Origin: Callorhinchus milii
Lineage: Eukaryota
Direction: 5' to 3'
NCBI RefSeq assembly: GCF_018977255.1
Contig: NW_024704743.1
Coordinates: 52,702,001 to 52,766,000, forward strand
Length of the DNA: 64,000 nt
Part shown: one piece after another, positions 12,781-25,821 of the stretch
Position numbering within the stretch: the stretch's first letter is position 1
How the letters are laid out: every line of letters begins with the position of its first letter
Translations under genes and position numbers: made by a program
The notes under the pieces: model-generated
Database searches by the model: none
The model's input: the letters and a program-made list of their open reading frames with translations, nothing else
What the model was told of the DNA's origin: nothing

Positions 12781-15337
12781 CTTTATATCAAATTTGCTTT
12801 TCTCCTTTTGCACTCAAAGAATTATTAGTTAAGACGCATAATATTTTCTAAAAGTAAATTTTGAGGTCCAATGCTCCTTCAGTGTTTGCAGTGAATAACT
12901 CATTGAAAAAATATTGATTACGCTTCTGTAAAAATCACACAAAACTAACGCATCCACCTCACCCACAAACATGCCCATCCACACATTTTTTATTTAATTA
13001 ATCAAAGCTGTTGAGTTCTTTGAATTATCAAAATGGTCCAGTGCTCCTTTTCTTCATGTCCACAGGTGGTATTTTCAATTGAGGTTTATGACTAGTTTAT
13101 GAGTTTTTAGGGCTAGTACTGGAACTAATTCCCCTGCCTCCCATCATTTACAATAGAACCTACCTGACAATTATCTTTTTTTTCTCTCTTTCTTTCCTCT
13201 TTGCCCCATCTGTTTTTCTATTTTCTTTCTGCTATTTTGCCTAGCTTTCTGTTCTCCATCTCCAAGTCCATCAATTACAGATTGTCATCTTTCTCCAGCC
13301 TGTATTTCTATTCTTCAGTCTTCTCCTGATCTCCCTCCCTCTCTCTTTACCCCCTCCCCACAAACATTTTTTTTCCTTACCTGCTTGCTTTCTCTCTCCT
13401 GCTTCCGGTTCTCCCATACAGTTCCTGCTCCATAATCTGCAACGCAAAGTTATTGCAGATTTGTTGAATAGCTTATATAGGATCTTTTATCAGTATCAAA
13501 AAGGGAAGGTATATTCATATTCAATTTAAGCTACTATGCAATATTGTTTCATATCACAGAATTTTAAAAAAGAGTTCTGAGTAACCCACAACCCAGATTT
13601 TACTGCAGCAGTGCTCAGTAATTCAATAAGGCACTCTGTTTAGTATTTGAAGTAAAGAGAATTTGTTCAGGTATTTGCCACTTCTAGGGCTAGTTTAGTT
13701 TAGCATATCCATATTTTGCAACACAGACAGCAGTGTTGTTTACATTAAACATAAATCATTGCACACTCAGTTTACATTTGGGCGAAATGGAAATCTGCAG
13801 TCTTACATTTCCTTTTGATGCTGGCTGAGTTATTAAAATAACAAGCGCATGGAGCTGAAAAATTACCTGTAGTACAGCTAAAGGGTAAAACAGTGGGACC
13901 TTTTATTAGACTAACTTTTGATCTTCAGATGAGCAAACAAGCTTTTAAAGCTATAAACACTGCTTCATTCGAGCCCAAAGATTGTGTTACAGCCATGGCA
14001 CATTGAACCAGTTAATATTATTTTCACAAAATAATATAAGCAACATTTACTATTTAACTAGATTCTTCCATTACGACCACGATCTCTTGTTATTTCTATT
14101 ACTCAGATGGAACGACAGTACGTCACTTGCAAATACACAGTCACTACACTTCATAGTAAAATTGTGTGAAGCGCTTTGAGACATCTTGACCTGATAAGGT
14201 GCTGAATCAAATGCAAGGATTATTATTATCACAGAAAGAGAAGTTGAGATGCTTATTATTTCACAGTGCGTTCAGGCTATTCAGTATTTTACACTGCAGG
14301 TAAATTATCTGATCGTATATGTGAGGCTAAAATGTGCATTTTGGTGTTGAACGTATATAAAAAACAAAGTATACTAAATCACACTTAGATGTGGATGGTG
14401 TCATATAGGGGTGCATTTATTCTTGTGAAAAAATGTATATAGTGCAATAGTAAACAATAATGTATAGAATATGCTCTATTCCCATAAATAAAACCTATTA
14501 CTGCAAAATAAAACCAATACAGAATGAAATCTGCACAAACTCAGTCTTTGTATATATATATATTATTAAGAATGCCACAAATTGGAGCATATTTCAAGGA
14601 CTTAATAAACGTTGGGTACAGTTGATGCTGATAAAGTGTTCCAGCAGTATATTACATCTGAACCACTTGCTGTTTTATTGCCTTGTAACACACATCAGTG
14701 TGCATTATCCTATACCTGTTGTTACCTGATGGTATTACTAAAAAAAACAGTTCTTTATTAGTTTTCAACAAAAATTGCCCATCATTGGACAGCGAAAAAT
14801 ACATGCCCTTTAAAACAAAATTATAATTTACTGTATAACAATTACAAATGGCCTTTTCTGGATTAAAAAGTAAAACATATGCCCCATTTACATTTGTAGG
14901 GTGTTGCTGAGCCACTTGAATGAAAGCAGCTCTGCAACATCCTGTCCTGCTGGTTCTGTCAAATGTACCCTGTGCACTGTGCACTCACTGCGGGGCAAAT
15001 TTAACTCAAGCAGTGGTAACAAAGAAATCACTGCAAGTGCAAACATGCTCGTGCAGTTGTTTGGAAAAGTCCGGATCACTACATTGGCTTTTGGAGTTTT
15101 AGAGCTGTCTAAAGGTGAATATAGATCAGCAGTATGATAATTGTATTGGTGGTCAGTACAGGAAAACCATCACAAAGTCAGAAGGAAATGCTAGTTAGTG
15201 CTGCTGGTGGCAGAGTGAGCATCTGTGTTTTGAGGAGGCAAACACCTTCACATTTACGCTGGCTCTGTGCCGCCAAAGGTAGTACTGCTGTTGGCAGTGG
15301 TACTTATAGTTAGATTTAGCAGGATGTTATGAGTTGT

Positions 15338-15708
15338 GGAGTCCTGTAGCTTAGTGGTTAGAGCACTCACTTCGCAAGGAAGAGGACCTGGGTTCAATTT
15401 CCGGGCAGGGGGAAATGCTAGGCAAGTTTCCTTACTTCACACTCTGTTTACCTAGCAGTACGTAGGGCCCCAGTTGTTAGTCAATTGGTGGGATCGCTTT
15501 TCCAGGGGTATTAATCCCTTAAAAAACAATAATAATTTGGTCACTCAATCCATGACCGTCTGTGGAACGCTGCTGTGTGCAATTGGCTGCCGCGTTTTGC
15601 TCACAAAAATACAGTGAATTCACGTTACAGTATATTCTGTGAAGTGCTTTGGGACGTCTCGAAGACTTGATAAGGCGCTATATCAAATGCAAAGATTATT
15701 ATTATTAT
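15338..15708 (+). mobile_element. tRNA(Ala)-like SINE, full length, long subtype, L2-type (TAT)n tail
   Basis: Box A TAGCTTAGTGG, box B GGTTCAATT, core GCAATTGGCTGCCGCGTT, tail GCGCTATATCAAATGCAAAG(ATT)n. Confidence 0.9.
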
Positions 15709-17379
15709 AAATCGCTCGATTCATTCATGTCATCAACACGTTAGTGTTTTTAACAGAATACTAAGATGTCCTCCAAACGTGAGAGGCGCTATATAAATGC
15801 AATTTGTTTTGTTGAATAAAGGTTGCATTCACAAAATACTGTGCATTCGATCCTTTAGTTACTATTTTGTCCAGTTATCTTACAAAGGTACTTGGTGATT
15901 TTGGAGTAAAATTCCTTACCCAAGTGGCGATTCTTCATAGTAAATGTAGGACCTAGAAGTTGAGTGTTCGTCCACAGACCCTGATTTTGATCACCCAAGA
16001 GACTGACCTGGATGTTTCCTGATCTGTACGGTCCAGAATAGACCGCCCATCTAATCACTGATTAATCAGGCAAAGCTACTTTAATCTTATAGTGCTTGCC
16101 ATGCAGAACAGACATGGAAGTTTGGTAAAATGGAACAATTAAAATAATGATAATTCATCTCTGAAGTTATATTGTACAAGCTTTGCCCTTCATTTATTTT
16201 TAATTTTTAACGAAAACCAAATGGGTGCTGCATAGGCCGATTAATATGAAGTGCCAGGCTGCTGAGTTCCCAATCTCAATTTCCATCATGTTAAGGAGGT
16301 ATACGTGAAGGCCAAGCAACCATCATGTGGAGTAGGGGGAGAAATAGCAAAATCGAGTTTATACTCATGCAATCATTATTTTGTTTTAAGGCTGACTCCT
16401 GGCAACTTTCTGCATTGTAATTGGAGTGTAGACTATGGTTAAAAAAGGGAGTTTACCAACCAAAAACCAGAAGTAAATAAATGCAATGAAAACAAAGGTG
16501 TTTTGAAACTGACAGTTTAAGTGCTCCGAAATATTGCCCTGCATGAACGGTGCCGTATAAATGCAAGTTGTGGTTATCGTTGATAGTTTGGAAAAAAATA
16601 GGGGATGTTGCTGTAAAAATACCCAGGTACTTTATTTGACCACATCAGAATATTGATGTAGCTGTCTTTAGAAACAATCCTGGCTGGGATTTGTTTAATG
16701 AGCCACTTTGTTGAAACTTCTAATGGGGAATATTTTTGAATTGTATTTGTCTTGTTATATGATGTTAAGGATTTACTTTTCTCTAATTTGAAATACTGTC
16801 ATTCAAAAATAACAGCTTGGGATAATTATGAGCATTGTATCTGAGTGCTTCATCTCAGGTTACAAAAAAGGAAAATTGAGGTTTAATGGAATATAGCCAT
16901 CACCTGAACTGTGAGGTGGGATTACAGCATTAAAACCACTCTTGTGTATCCATTAAGTTTTATAATACAATAATAAACTAATCCTTGCATTTGGTATAGA
17001 TGTAGATCGTCAAGATGTCTGAAAGCACTTCACAAGATTTTATGGTGAAGTGTACTGCTTGTGTGTTTGTAGGCAAACACAACAGGCAATTTGCACACGG
17101 TAATGTCCAACAAAAAGCAATGAAGTGAATTTGGTGGATTTTGGACCATGATAATGGAGAATGTTCCTTCTCTAATGTGCAATATACTGTACATACAAGT
17201 TGGTTGGAGTAACTTACACTGTATCATCTTTTCTCGCTATGGATAGCTTCTGCATGATTATCCTCACTTAAGGAGTAATGGCTGTGACCTAATCACTGTA
17301 AGTTTATTTGAGTTTATTTATCTGCATTCAATTTCAAGATCCTCACTCTCACTTTGAAATCTCTCCATGCCCTGATACC

Positions 17380-17755
17380 TTCCTACCTCTCCAATCAGCC
17401 ACAACCCATTCCCCCACCCGCTGCCTTCTGCACGTACCTCATCCTTTCACGACACAATTAGTGGCTGTGCCATCAGCCGCTATGCCCCGAATCTATGGAA
17501 CCCCTTGCCTCAATTCCTCTATCTTGCTCCTCTTTGCTCAACTTCAGATCACAACTGAAGACTTTTCTCTTCCATCACCTCCCCTCATTTTCCAGCTCTG
17601 CATCAAGCCATGCTGCTATTAACAACAACAACAAGATTCCATTTATTGAGCGCCTTTCACGTCGGGAGGACGTCCCAAGGCGCTGAAAGTTAAGTGCTCT
17701 GAGACACTACCTTGATGAAGGGCGCTACAAAACGCAAGTAGTTACGGTTGTTGTT
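17380..17755 (+). mobile_element. L2 LINE 3' fragment carrying an inverted L2 tail inside it (about 17620-17684)
   Basis: Decayed similarity to the L2 C-terminus seen at 29858-30150; (AAC)n tail on - strand then a + strand tail ending gttgttgtt. Confidence 0.55.
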
Positions 17756-17929
17756 ACCAAGAAATAATAGTCAGTATTTGTTTTAATTAGTCAATTAAAA
17801 GAAGAGTCAATTGAGGAAGACGTAACTGCAGGATTTGCTATTTTCTCAGTATTTGAACCCTTGCAGGAAATCACATCTGAGCTTGATATACTGTACATCT
17901 ACAAAAGAAATTATAATTCCATCCACAGC

Positions 17930-18235
17930 CTTGCCCTACCCTATCTGTCCGACTTCTGGTGACCCTGCCTCTCTCTCTGGTCAAAAAATACCAGTTTGCT
18001 TCATGTTCCGAACCCATTCCAACATCTGCGGCCGAGCTTTCAGCCATTCTGCTCCTTCTCTCTAGAACTCCATCCCAGAGCCCCACTGCCTTATTCCCTC
18101 TCTCACCAACTTTAAAACATTTCTTAAGACTATTTTTGACCAAACCTTTGGTCACCATTGACGCCCTCCTCCTTCAGCTCTCTTCACCCCCAGCCTGGGG
18201 CCCTAGGCTTTATAAAGGTAAAGTTGTTGTTATTC
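17930..18235 (+). mobile_element. L2 LINE 3' fragment
   Basis: Encodes CGRAFSHSAPSL, followed by FKTFLKT-like sequence; gttgttgtt tail. Confidence 0.65.
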
Positions 18236-19370
18236 AAATAAAATATTAAGAGGTGATATTTTTCCTTGCCGCTGAGTGTTACAAATTTGATATCGAGGTC
18301 GACAACATATTTGTAACAGGAATCCCAAAAACTACTCATGGCAGTAAGTGGAAGTATGAATTAATTCTAAAACAGAGTTCATGTGACTCACTTCTGGTTA
18401 CCACTCGTTTCTCCTGGTGTCCTGGCAAACATTCCTCCAAATAAAATTGGTCACTCTGTCCATGGTTGTTTATGAGGCATTACAGTGCCAAATTGGCTGC
18501 TACATTTGCCCCCCCGAACACATTTTACTGTATATCCTGTGAAGTGCTTTGGGACATCCTCCCGATGTGAAAAGTGTTATACCAAATGTATTAGTTTTAT
18601 TCTTTTAGACCTAAATATTGGCTTATAAATGGAGCTTGTATTACAAGCTTGCATTAAGTTCAAAAATGCAATATTTGCAAACCTTTGAGCTAATTGCAGC
18701 TTCTATTTTTCAAACATCATAAAGCGAGATATGCAATTATATTCCCAAACAGGGAATCATGAAAAAGGCGAGCAAGTAAAACACCTGCCAATTTGCTTGC
18801 TGACCTTTTTCATCTTGGAATTTGCAATATGCTATTCACAAATCTCGGCACAAATTTTGCAATCGACCAACTGGAATTCTCAATTAACACAGTAAATCTA
18901 GTTTCCAAATATTGTAGATTCGACCTAATTGCCAATGTTGCTATAATTAGAAGCAACTGAAATTTCTTGTCCTGAAAGTCCCTTTGGTATTTCAAACAAA
19001 AGATTTATAGCTGATGTGAGTAGAGAATTGAACAAAAAAAATTAAAGTAAAAAGTACCTACAATAATAATCCTTGCACTTGATATAGCACCTTATAACGT
19101 CGTTGAGACGTCTCAAAGCACTTCACAGGATATAATTTAAAGTGAATTGAATGTATTTTGTTATTATTTATGGTGTTGCAGCAATGTTTGAAGCTATCTG
19201 TGGTGAAGATAAAAATGTCTAACTGACTTTGAATATCAAATAGTGGCTTTTATTATGAAACCTATTTCAAAGTATATTCATATGGTTAATAAAATATGAT
19301 ACTATCGGTCATCAATTATGAAAGTGTTTATTTTATGGAAAAGACAATTATAAAGTCTTAACTATCTTCA

Positions 19371-19897
19371 GGGAGGGGAGGAGATAAGCAGGCTCTCTTT
19401 AGTACATTGTTGGCCCCAAGGAGTCACGCTTGGCAATGGAATTCATGTTCGGTAGTCAGCTTCCCAAGTCAGGCAGGTCCACAGTACTCCAGAGCGTTGC
19501 TGATGACAGACCAGCCAATCTAGTTCATTGGCAGGACTTGGAGGGCACACTGGGGGCTGGGATCCTTCCCACCGTAGTCCAGTTAAATAAAGCCAGATTG
19601 GGTAGGGTGATCCTAGCTGGACAAATAGCAGGAAACATGTCAGACAGTGCTTAGTAAGCTAAGCAGTTTTTTCTGGTCAACCTCCAGCTGCAGCCCAACA
19701 TACATTCAGTTGTCCCCAAGCTTTGGCAAACCTGCACCTAATACTGGAATTAGATTATCAGGATGTGTCCCTCCAGGGAGAGAGTGTGCATTCCATTCCA
19801 GACACAGGTACATTTTTGTGCGTAGGTGGAATGCATATGTGGAATTCTAAATCAGATTTGGACACACATAAGCACGGAGATAGGTTACCGCATATTT
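19371..19897 (+). mobile_element. Unassigned non-coding retroposon-like repeat, copy A
   Basis: Shares blocks (CAGGCAGGTCCaCAGTA, GCTGATGACAGACCAGCC, GGATGTGTCCCTCCAGGGAGAGAGTGTGCATTCCATTCC) with five other copies in the window. Confidence 0.8.
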
Positions 19898-20248
19898 GGA
19901 GTCCTGTAGCTTAGTGGTTAGAACAAGTGAGAGATCTGGGTTCGATTCCTGGGCAGGCCAAAACATTGGGCAACTTTACTTACTGCACACATCTCTGTTT
20001 ACCTAGCAGTAAATAGGATCCCAGTTGTTAGTTGATTGGTGGATCACTTTTTCTGGTGTTAATAATGCCTTAAAAATAAATATGTTGGTCACATGACTAT
20101 GTTTGTGGGACTCTGCTGTGTGCAATTGGCTGCTGTGTTTTGCCCACAAAATAATTCATTTTACAGTATATTCTGTGAAGCGCTTTGAGATGTCTCAAAG
20201 ACGTGATAAGGCGCTATATCAAATGCAAGGATTATGATGATTATTATT
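19898..20248 (+). mobile_element. tRNA-like SINE, long subtype
   Basis: GGAGTCCTGTAGCTTAGTGG head, GGTTCGATTCC box B, shared core and (TAT)n tail. Confidence 0.9.
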
Positions 20249-20499
20249 CTTATCATTAGTCAACCGTTGACCAAAATTAATGCTCCTGATAGATTATATC
20301 TTTGGTTGATGGCTTGTGAATATTTAGTATGTAATTTTCCTCAGAATAGTCAATCTGAAGAAGTTATCAAACTGTAGTTTATTGATAGTGTGTGACCTAA
20401 GTCGCAGACCAACGTAACATTTTCTGTGGCCTCATCTGTTGCCATCAGACTGGTTTTCATCCAGTCCATTGCATGTAACTGTTCCTTTTGAATGCATTA

Positions 20500-20600
20500 G
20501 CATAACTTATTCAGCTTGGGATAAAGGTCAATTGCAGCAGTTGATTCTTTTTTTCCTGATTTAAGGAAGCCTTTTGACACACTTCCCCAAACATTTGTAA
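20500..20600 (+). mobile_element. Highly decayed CR1-type RT fragment
   Basis: gatttaaggaagccttttgacacacttcccc resembles the LDFxKAFDxVPH motif with a frameshift. Confidence 0.4.
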
Positions 20601-21909
20601 GCCTGGGCATTATCATTAATGCTGCTTCTTGTTTGTTAACAGTATTTACAAATGTTACCAGAAATTCAGATTTCATGGTGTAGTCTCTTATACTTGACTG
20701 GTGGGTACTACTCAGGGCTGAATACTGGAACATCGATTTTTAAAAAAAGTGTGTTTTGTCCTGTAAATTTCACAATGAAATCACTGTTGCTCCAGCTGGC
20801 TGATCACAACATGTGCTCCACAATTACTGTCAGCATCAATCAACAATTAGTTGATGGAAGATGTGCTTTAAAGAGCGCAAGTCAAATTGTGCTAGTTTTT
20901 TTCTTACGCATCACCTTCCAAATACTACATGCATATTTGGCAATCAAACATGGGAAATTACTGGGGACAGTTATCTCTTCCTTTTCTGTACCACAAATAA
21001 CCCCCTTTATGATCTGTTTGGTTACTTTTTTCGTATTACCAAAGCAGGTTGAAATTGCAGCAGTTTTGTGAATGGGGAAAAAGTGGACTTGGTTCCAAGA
21101 TTCCAACTGCATTTCAGTCTATGTACTGAAGGTTTATTTTTAAGATCCTGGAGTTTAGTCCAGAATAAATATTTTTCTGTATTATGCTGCATCTATGTAC
21201 TGTGGTATATTTAGGATTTACATTTTACAAATTTGCTTAAATATAATTTGGTTGTTTGTGGCAGTGCACTCTCGACCCTATATACATGCAATTTGTTGTT
21301 TAATAAGTTTTTTATTTCTATATTTTATGAAGAAAGAATTTGGAAAGGAGTGATCTTTGTTTAGGATTTCTTCAGATCACACAGCATTACTTGATCAATA
21401 GTAGAAATATGTTTGTTCCTTTATCTCCTGAAGACAGTGACCAATGCTGGTGCATGGTGAGCCACAGTAGCCCTCCATTACATTGTCCAAGTTACCATTC
21501 TTCATGCATGAGTCAGGACAATCAATATTAACACAGGCAGAACAATCAACATTAACAGACTCTTGAACCCGCTAAGACCCTCATAAGGCTTCTGGTCTTT
21601 GTCTTATGACCTATGTCTTAACAATTTAACTTTGTACATTCTGGAAAATTCTTGAATTCAGTCCTAATTTGGAAGAGATTTTGTTCACCGTTGAAACTAA
21701 CTGCTGTAGAAAAATGACTTCCTAATTAAAATTTCCCAAATTCTGCAAAATCTTATGTTTCAAAACAGTAACATCCAGTCTGCTGCTGAGGTGGTTCTGG
21801 ACAGCCATCAGAAATGAAAACTACCTTTCTTAGCCCATGACACAAATCTATAATGACCTTACTGTTGCTCTGGCTGTCTGAGAATAACTCAGACCATGTG
21901 AACGACCAT

Positions 21910-22998
21910 TAGGAAAGGGAAACGTAAGTAGGTTCTCCTTGAAATTGGTCCCAAGTTGGCATACTTGGCAAGGGGATGTCAGAATTAAGTCAACCCTCAG
22001 GGTGGTTTCGTTAAACCTGAATCAGGCAGGTCCGCAGTATTCCAGGGCACTGCTGATGATAGATCAACCAGACTGACTCATCGGTTAAACTTGGAGGGGC
22101 GGACAAGTCATCTACTGGGGCTAGACACTCATCTCCTGTTAATCCTGCAAGTCAAATCACGAATAGGTAGAGTAGTCCTTGCTGGAAAAACAGCAAAAAC
22201 CTTGTCATATAGTGCTGTCAATGGCTATACGTTTTTTGCTGGTTAAACTCAAGCATTGGTTAAACTCAACCAATAAGAAATTGGTCATTTTCAATCTACG
22301 TCTGTTTGTGGGACATTGCTGTGCGCAATTGGCTGCCGCGTTCGCCCACAAATATACAGTCAATTCACTTTACAGTGTGTTCTGTGAAGCGCTTTGGGAC
22401 GTCCTCCCGACGTGAAAAGCGCTATATCAAATGCAAGGATTATTATTATTATTATTATCGGAGTCCTGTAGCTCAGTGGTTAGAGCACTCGCTTTGCAAG
22501 CGAGAGACCTGAGTTCAATTCCAGGCAGGGCGAAACCTTGGGCAAGTTTCCTTACTCCACCCGCCTAATAATAATCCCTCCAAAACCAAAAACAATAAGA
22601 AATTGGTCATTTTCAATCTACGTCTGTTTGTGGGACATTGCTGTGCGCAATTGGCTGCCGCGTTCGCCCACAAATATACAGTCAATTCACTTTACAGTGT
22701 GTTCTGTGAAGCGCTTTGGGACGTCCTCCCGACGTGAAAAGCGCTATATCAAATGCAAGGATTATTATTATTATTATTATCTCAATGCACACTCTTGTGT
22801 CTCCTCTTGCCAATCTATGCTAAATACTCTCTGGAGTTAGATAAGCAGGATGTGTCCCTCCTGGGAGAGAGTGTGCATTTCATTCCAAACTTAGGAATTT
22901 CCAAGTGTAGATGGGATGCATGAAACTCTCAGTTTGATTTGGATACTCTTTAACATGGTGATGAGTTTCTGCATATGTAAAACACCCAGCTGACCAAA
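21910..22998 (+). mobile_element. Unassigned retroposon-like repeat, copy B, split by the tandem SINE at 22271-22780
   Basis: Same blocks as copy A on both sides of the SINE; ends CAGCTGACC-AAAA. Confidence 0.8.
22271..22780 (+). mobile_element. Young tRNA(Ala)-like SINE in tandem: 3' part (22271-22458) plus full copy (22460-22780)
   Basis: 22271-22458 is identical to 22593-22780. The head has anticodon arm CTCGC-TTTGCAA-GCGAG. Confidence 0.95.
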
Positions 22999-23206
22999 AT
23001 TAACACAAGTGATTAGATCTGAGATTTTTAATCTGTATGATTCATTACAATACTGGAAGGTGAATTTACCCACTGGAGGAGGCAGAAGCCAAAAGTCTCT
23101 TAAACATATGCATGTTTAACTAATTTCCACCCATGGAATTCCCTAATTGATTTGTACCTGGTGATGTTGTAAGCAAGTAACGTATCCTTTAGTTGGAGAA
23201 TATGCG

Positions 23207-23630
23207 TCAGCCTTGCTCAATTGGTAAGAGTGTTACCAAACTGGTGGATTTTTCAGATGCAATGCTGGGATTTTGAGTTCACAGTTTAGATTGACATTCC
23301 AGTCCATTGCTGAGAAAGCACTACATTTGTTCAAGGTGTCATCCTTCGAATGAGATATTAAAGCAAATTCCCATCAGGTGGATGTTAAAGATCTTGTGGC
23401 ACTATTTGAAAAGAGAAGGGAATTATTCTTGGTGTTCTGGCCAACAATCCATCAAATAAAATTGGTCATTTGCTTCATGGCTGTTTGAGGGACATTGATG
23501 TGTGCAAATTGGCTGCCACATTTGTCTACAAAAATACAGTTGCTGCACATCAGTGTAAATCCTGTGAAGTGCTTTGAGGCATCACCAATGTGAGAAAGTG
23601 ATAATATCAATTGCAAGGAGTATTATTATA
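23207..23630 (+). mobile_element. Deu-core SINE (SacSINE1/AmnSINE1-like)
   Basis: tRNA-like head remnant, CCTTCGAATGAGATATTAAA...CAGGTGGATGTTAAAGATC core, L2-type tail. Confidence 0.7.
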
Positions 23631-23924
23631 TAATTTCAGTGGATTACTGAATTCTATAAATCAGTAAAATTGTATAATTTTCCAAACCAATTCAAGTAAC
23701 CAAATCAGGCAACTTGCAGAAACGAAACTAAACCGGTTATGGGTTGACTCACCTGCTTGAATTTGGAGACTGATTATTTTGTGACAACCCCAATGTCATA
23801 TGTTTAATTTGGTTGGAAGCAATTTTATGGGCAAGGCTTCCCTATGTTTAGAAAATAAACTATTAGGATCATGTTAAATGTCACTATTCATGTTGAGCTC
23901 AGTAGTTTTCATAGAAGTAGATTT

Positions 23925-24095
23925 GAGCGGTTTAGTTTTGGTTAGGTTGTACTAACCATGAATGCTTTGGTTAGTTTAATACTAGGCATATACTTTGAGT
24001 GTTTTGATCAGGTTTATACTCTCCATTGTACATTGATTGTTTTGGTTAGGTTATACCGCCACGCGTATTGAGTTGCTTTGGTTTCAGTTACATTA
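23925..24095 (+). repeat. Degenerate tandem repeat (about 5 units of 30-40 nt, core TTTTGGTTAGGTTaTAC)
   Basis: Recurrent gttttggttaggtt / ctttggttagttt / gttttgatcaggttt / ctttggtttcagtt. Confidence 0.6.
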
Positions 24096-24254
24096 TAGGC
24101 TGGGACGCAATGAATGCACTGTGGTTGATCACTGATCCTGTTAATAAATAATGGTTCATTGACACTAAATGCATTGCATAGAAATAGCATCTATTAGTAG
24201 AGAAGAAATCATGTGGGAAATTATTTAATTTTGCTACTTATACCAAAAAGCAAT

Positions 24255-24698
24255 GCATTGCTGATAGACCAGCCATCCTACCTCAATGGCAGGACTTAGA
24301 AAGGGAGGTTGGTCACTGGGACAAGGGTTTCGTCTCACTGAGCTCTTGTTAACCCTGCATGGGTAAGATGGTTCTAGTTGAATAAATGCCAGAAAGCTTG
24401 CCAGACAGGACCCTCAATAGCAAGGTTTGCAGTTTTAACTGGTTGAACTCCAGCAGGACCTCAACACACCCTGGAGTCCCCAAGCATTGGCTCTTGTCAA
24501 CCTGAGCCTAATTACCTCAGGAATTAGGTAAGTAGGATGCTTCCCTTCAGGGTGAAAGTGTGCATTCCATTGCAGATACAGTAGAATTTCCAATTGCAGG
24601 TGTTATACTTATGTGAAACTCTCAGTCTGATGTGGATACTCTTAAGAACGGTAATGGTTTTGGCATGTTTCAGACAACAAGCTGACCAAAAAGAAAAA
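24255..24698 (+). mobile_element. Unassigned retroposon-like repeat, copy C (5'-truncated)
   Basis: Same blocks; ends GCTGACC-AAAAAGAAAAA. Confidence 0.8.
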
Positions 24699-25624
24699 CG
24701 GTTGTAGTCTTTTAGGTCAATTTCTTTTGATTTTTATATTCAGAAACATAATTTTGGATTCTTCCTCCAGCCAAGTATATCTAAAGTGATCCATGTGCAG
24801 TTCTATTCCGAGACAACTGATGGCAAGAAGATTATTCTTGTTTGTGTTGGAAGGCTAAAATTCAAATCTCAGCCAAATGTTACAGCATGCAGTTCATGAT
24901 GAAAGATGGCAGCACGATATTGCAAATGAAAGCATTTTGGCTGACAAAAAACACTCTCAAATAGGGTGCTACCCAGAATGTCATTGACATTGATGTCAGA
25001 TACTTTTATTTTGAGTTTTAAGTATTTTTAATTCTTAGTAGTTACCTTTTACATGATTTCAATCATTATAGTCTGGCTAACCAAACCAACATTCAGATCA
25101 GCCAAGTAATATATTGTAATCAGTTTGCTAAACCATGTCTAATATGCATATGTTTGAGATCATTGCAAAACTTTATGAAAACTTTGTGATTTCCTTTGTT
25201 CTAACATATTTGATGATGATTAGATGAATATATGTGATCAGCAACATCACCAGCAGCATTAGTGATTTAAATTAACTGATACAGTGTTGCACTGGATTTG
25301 TGACCAGAGAGTGAAATCTGTAGCATTTCATAAAGTGCTCCTTATTATGATGGGGAATATCTTATGAAACGCTGGTTTCAACTTTCAAAGTCTCAACTTT
25401 GTGATAAGGTGCTATATCAAATGCAAGTATTATTGTTATTATACTGTACTTATAATGTGCAGAAGGAGAGGCATCGAGCTACTTGGTTTCAGTCAGGTGT
25501 GTGTTGGTTTGCCCAGTGTGTGGCAGTATAAGCGATTCCACATCAGTTATGCTTTCTTACCTGAGTGTTATCTAGTAATCAGTAGGCCAAAATTCACAAG
25601 GTCTTAGCCTTAGGTCCATTGACG

Positions 25625-25781
25625 TAAAATCTAAGACAGTGTGAAATTTTGAAAAGCAGTCTTAATTTGAGATTTAGTTGAAAACCAATTTTCCACACAA
25701 AAAGAATTGCAGAAAATCAGATTCCAAATTAAATCTGAATTGAAGACTGTTTTCAAAAACTCTACACAATCTTAAATTTTA
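25625..25781. repeat. Imperfect long inverted repeat (MITE-like)
   Basis: TAAAATCTAAGACAGTGTG..TTTTGAAAAGCAGTCTT pairs with AAGACTGTTTTCAAAAA..CACAATCTTAAATTTTA. Confidence 0.6.
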
Positions 25782-25821
25782 TAGCCAAGGTCTCATGCAT
25801 AAGAGTAGGAGATTTAAAAAA

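Noticed and set aside
19495..19520. Hammerhead ribozyme at the conserved CTGATGA of the unassigned repeat
   Set aside because: No stem II followed by GAAA at the required spacing in any copy.
22460..22532. tRNA-Ala(TGC) gene
   Set aside because: Imperfect T and acceptor stems, and it continues directly into a SINE body and tail seen in several copies, so it is a SINE head.
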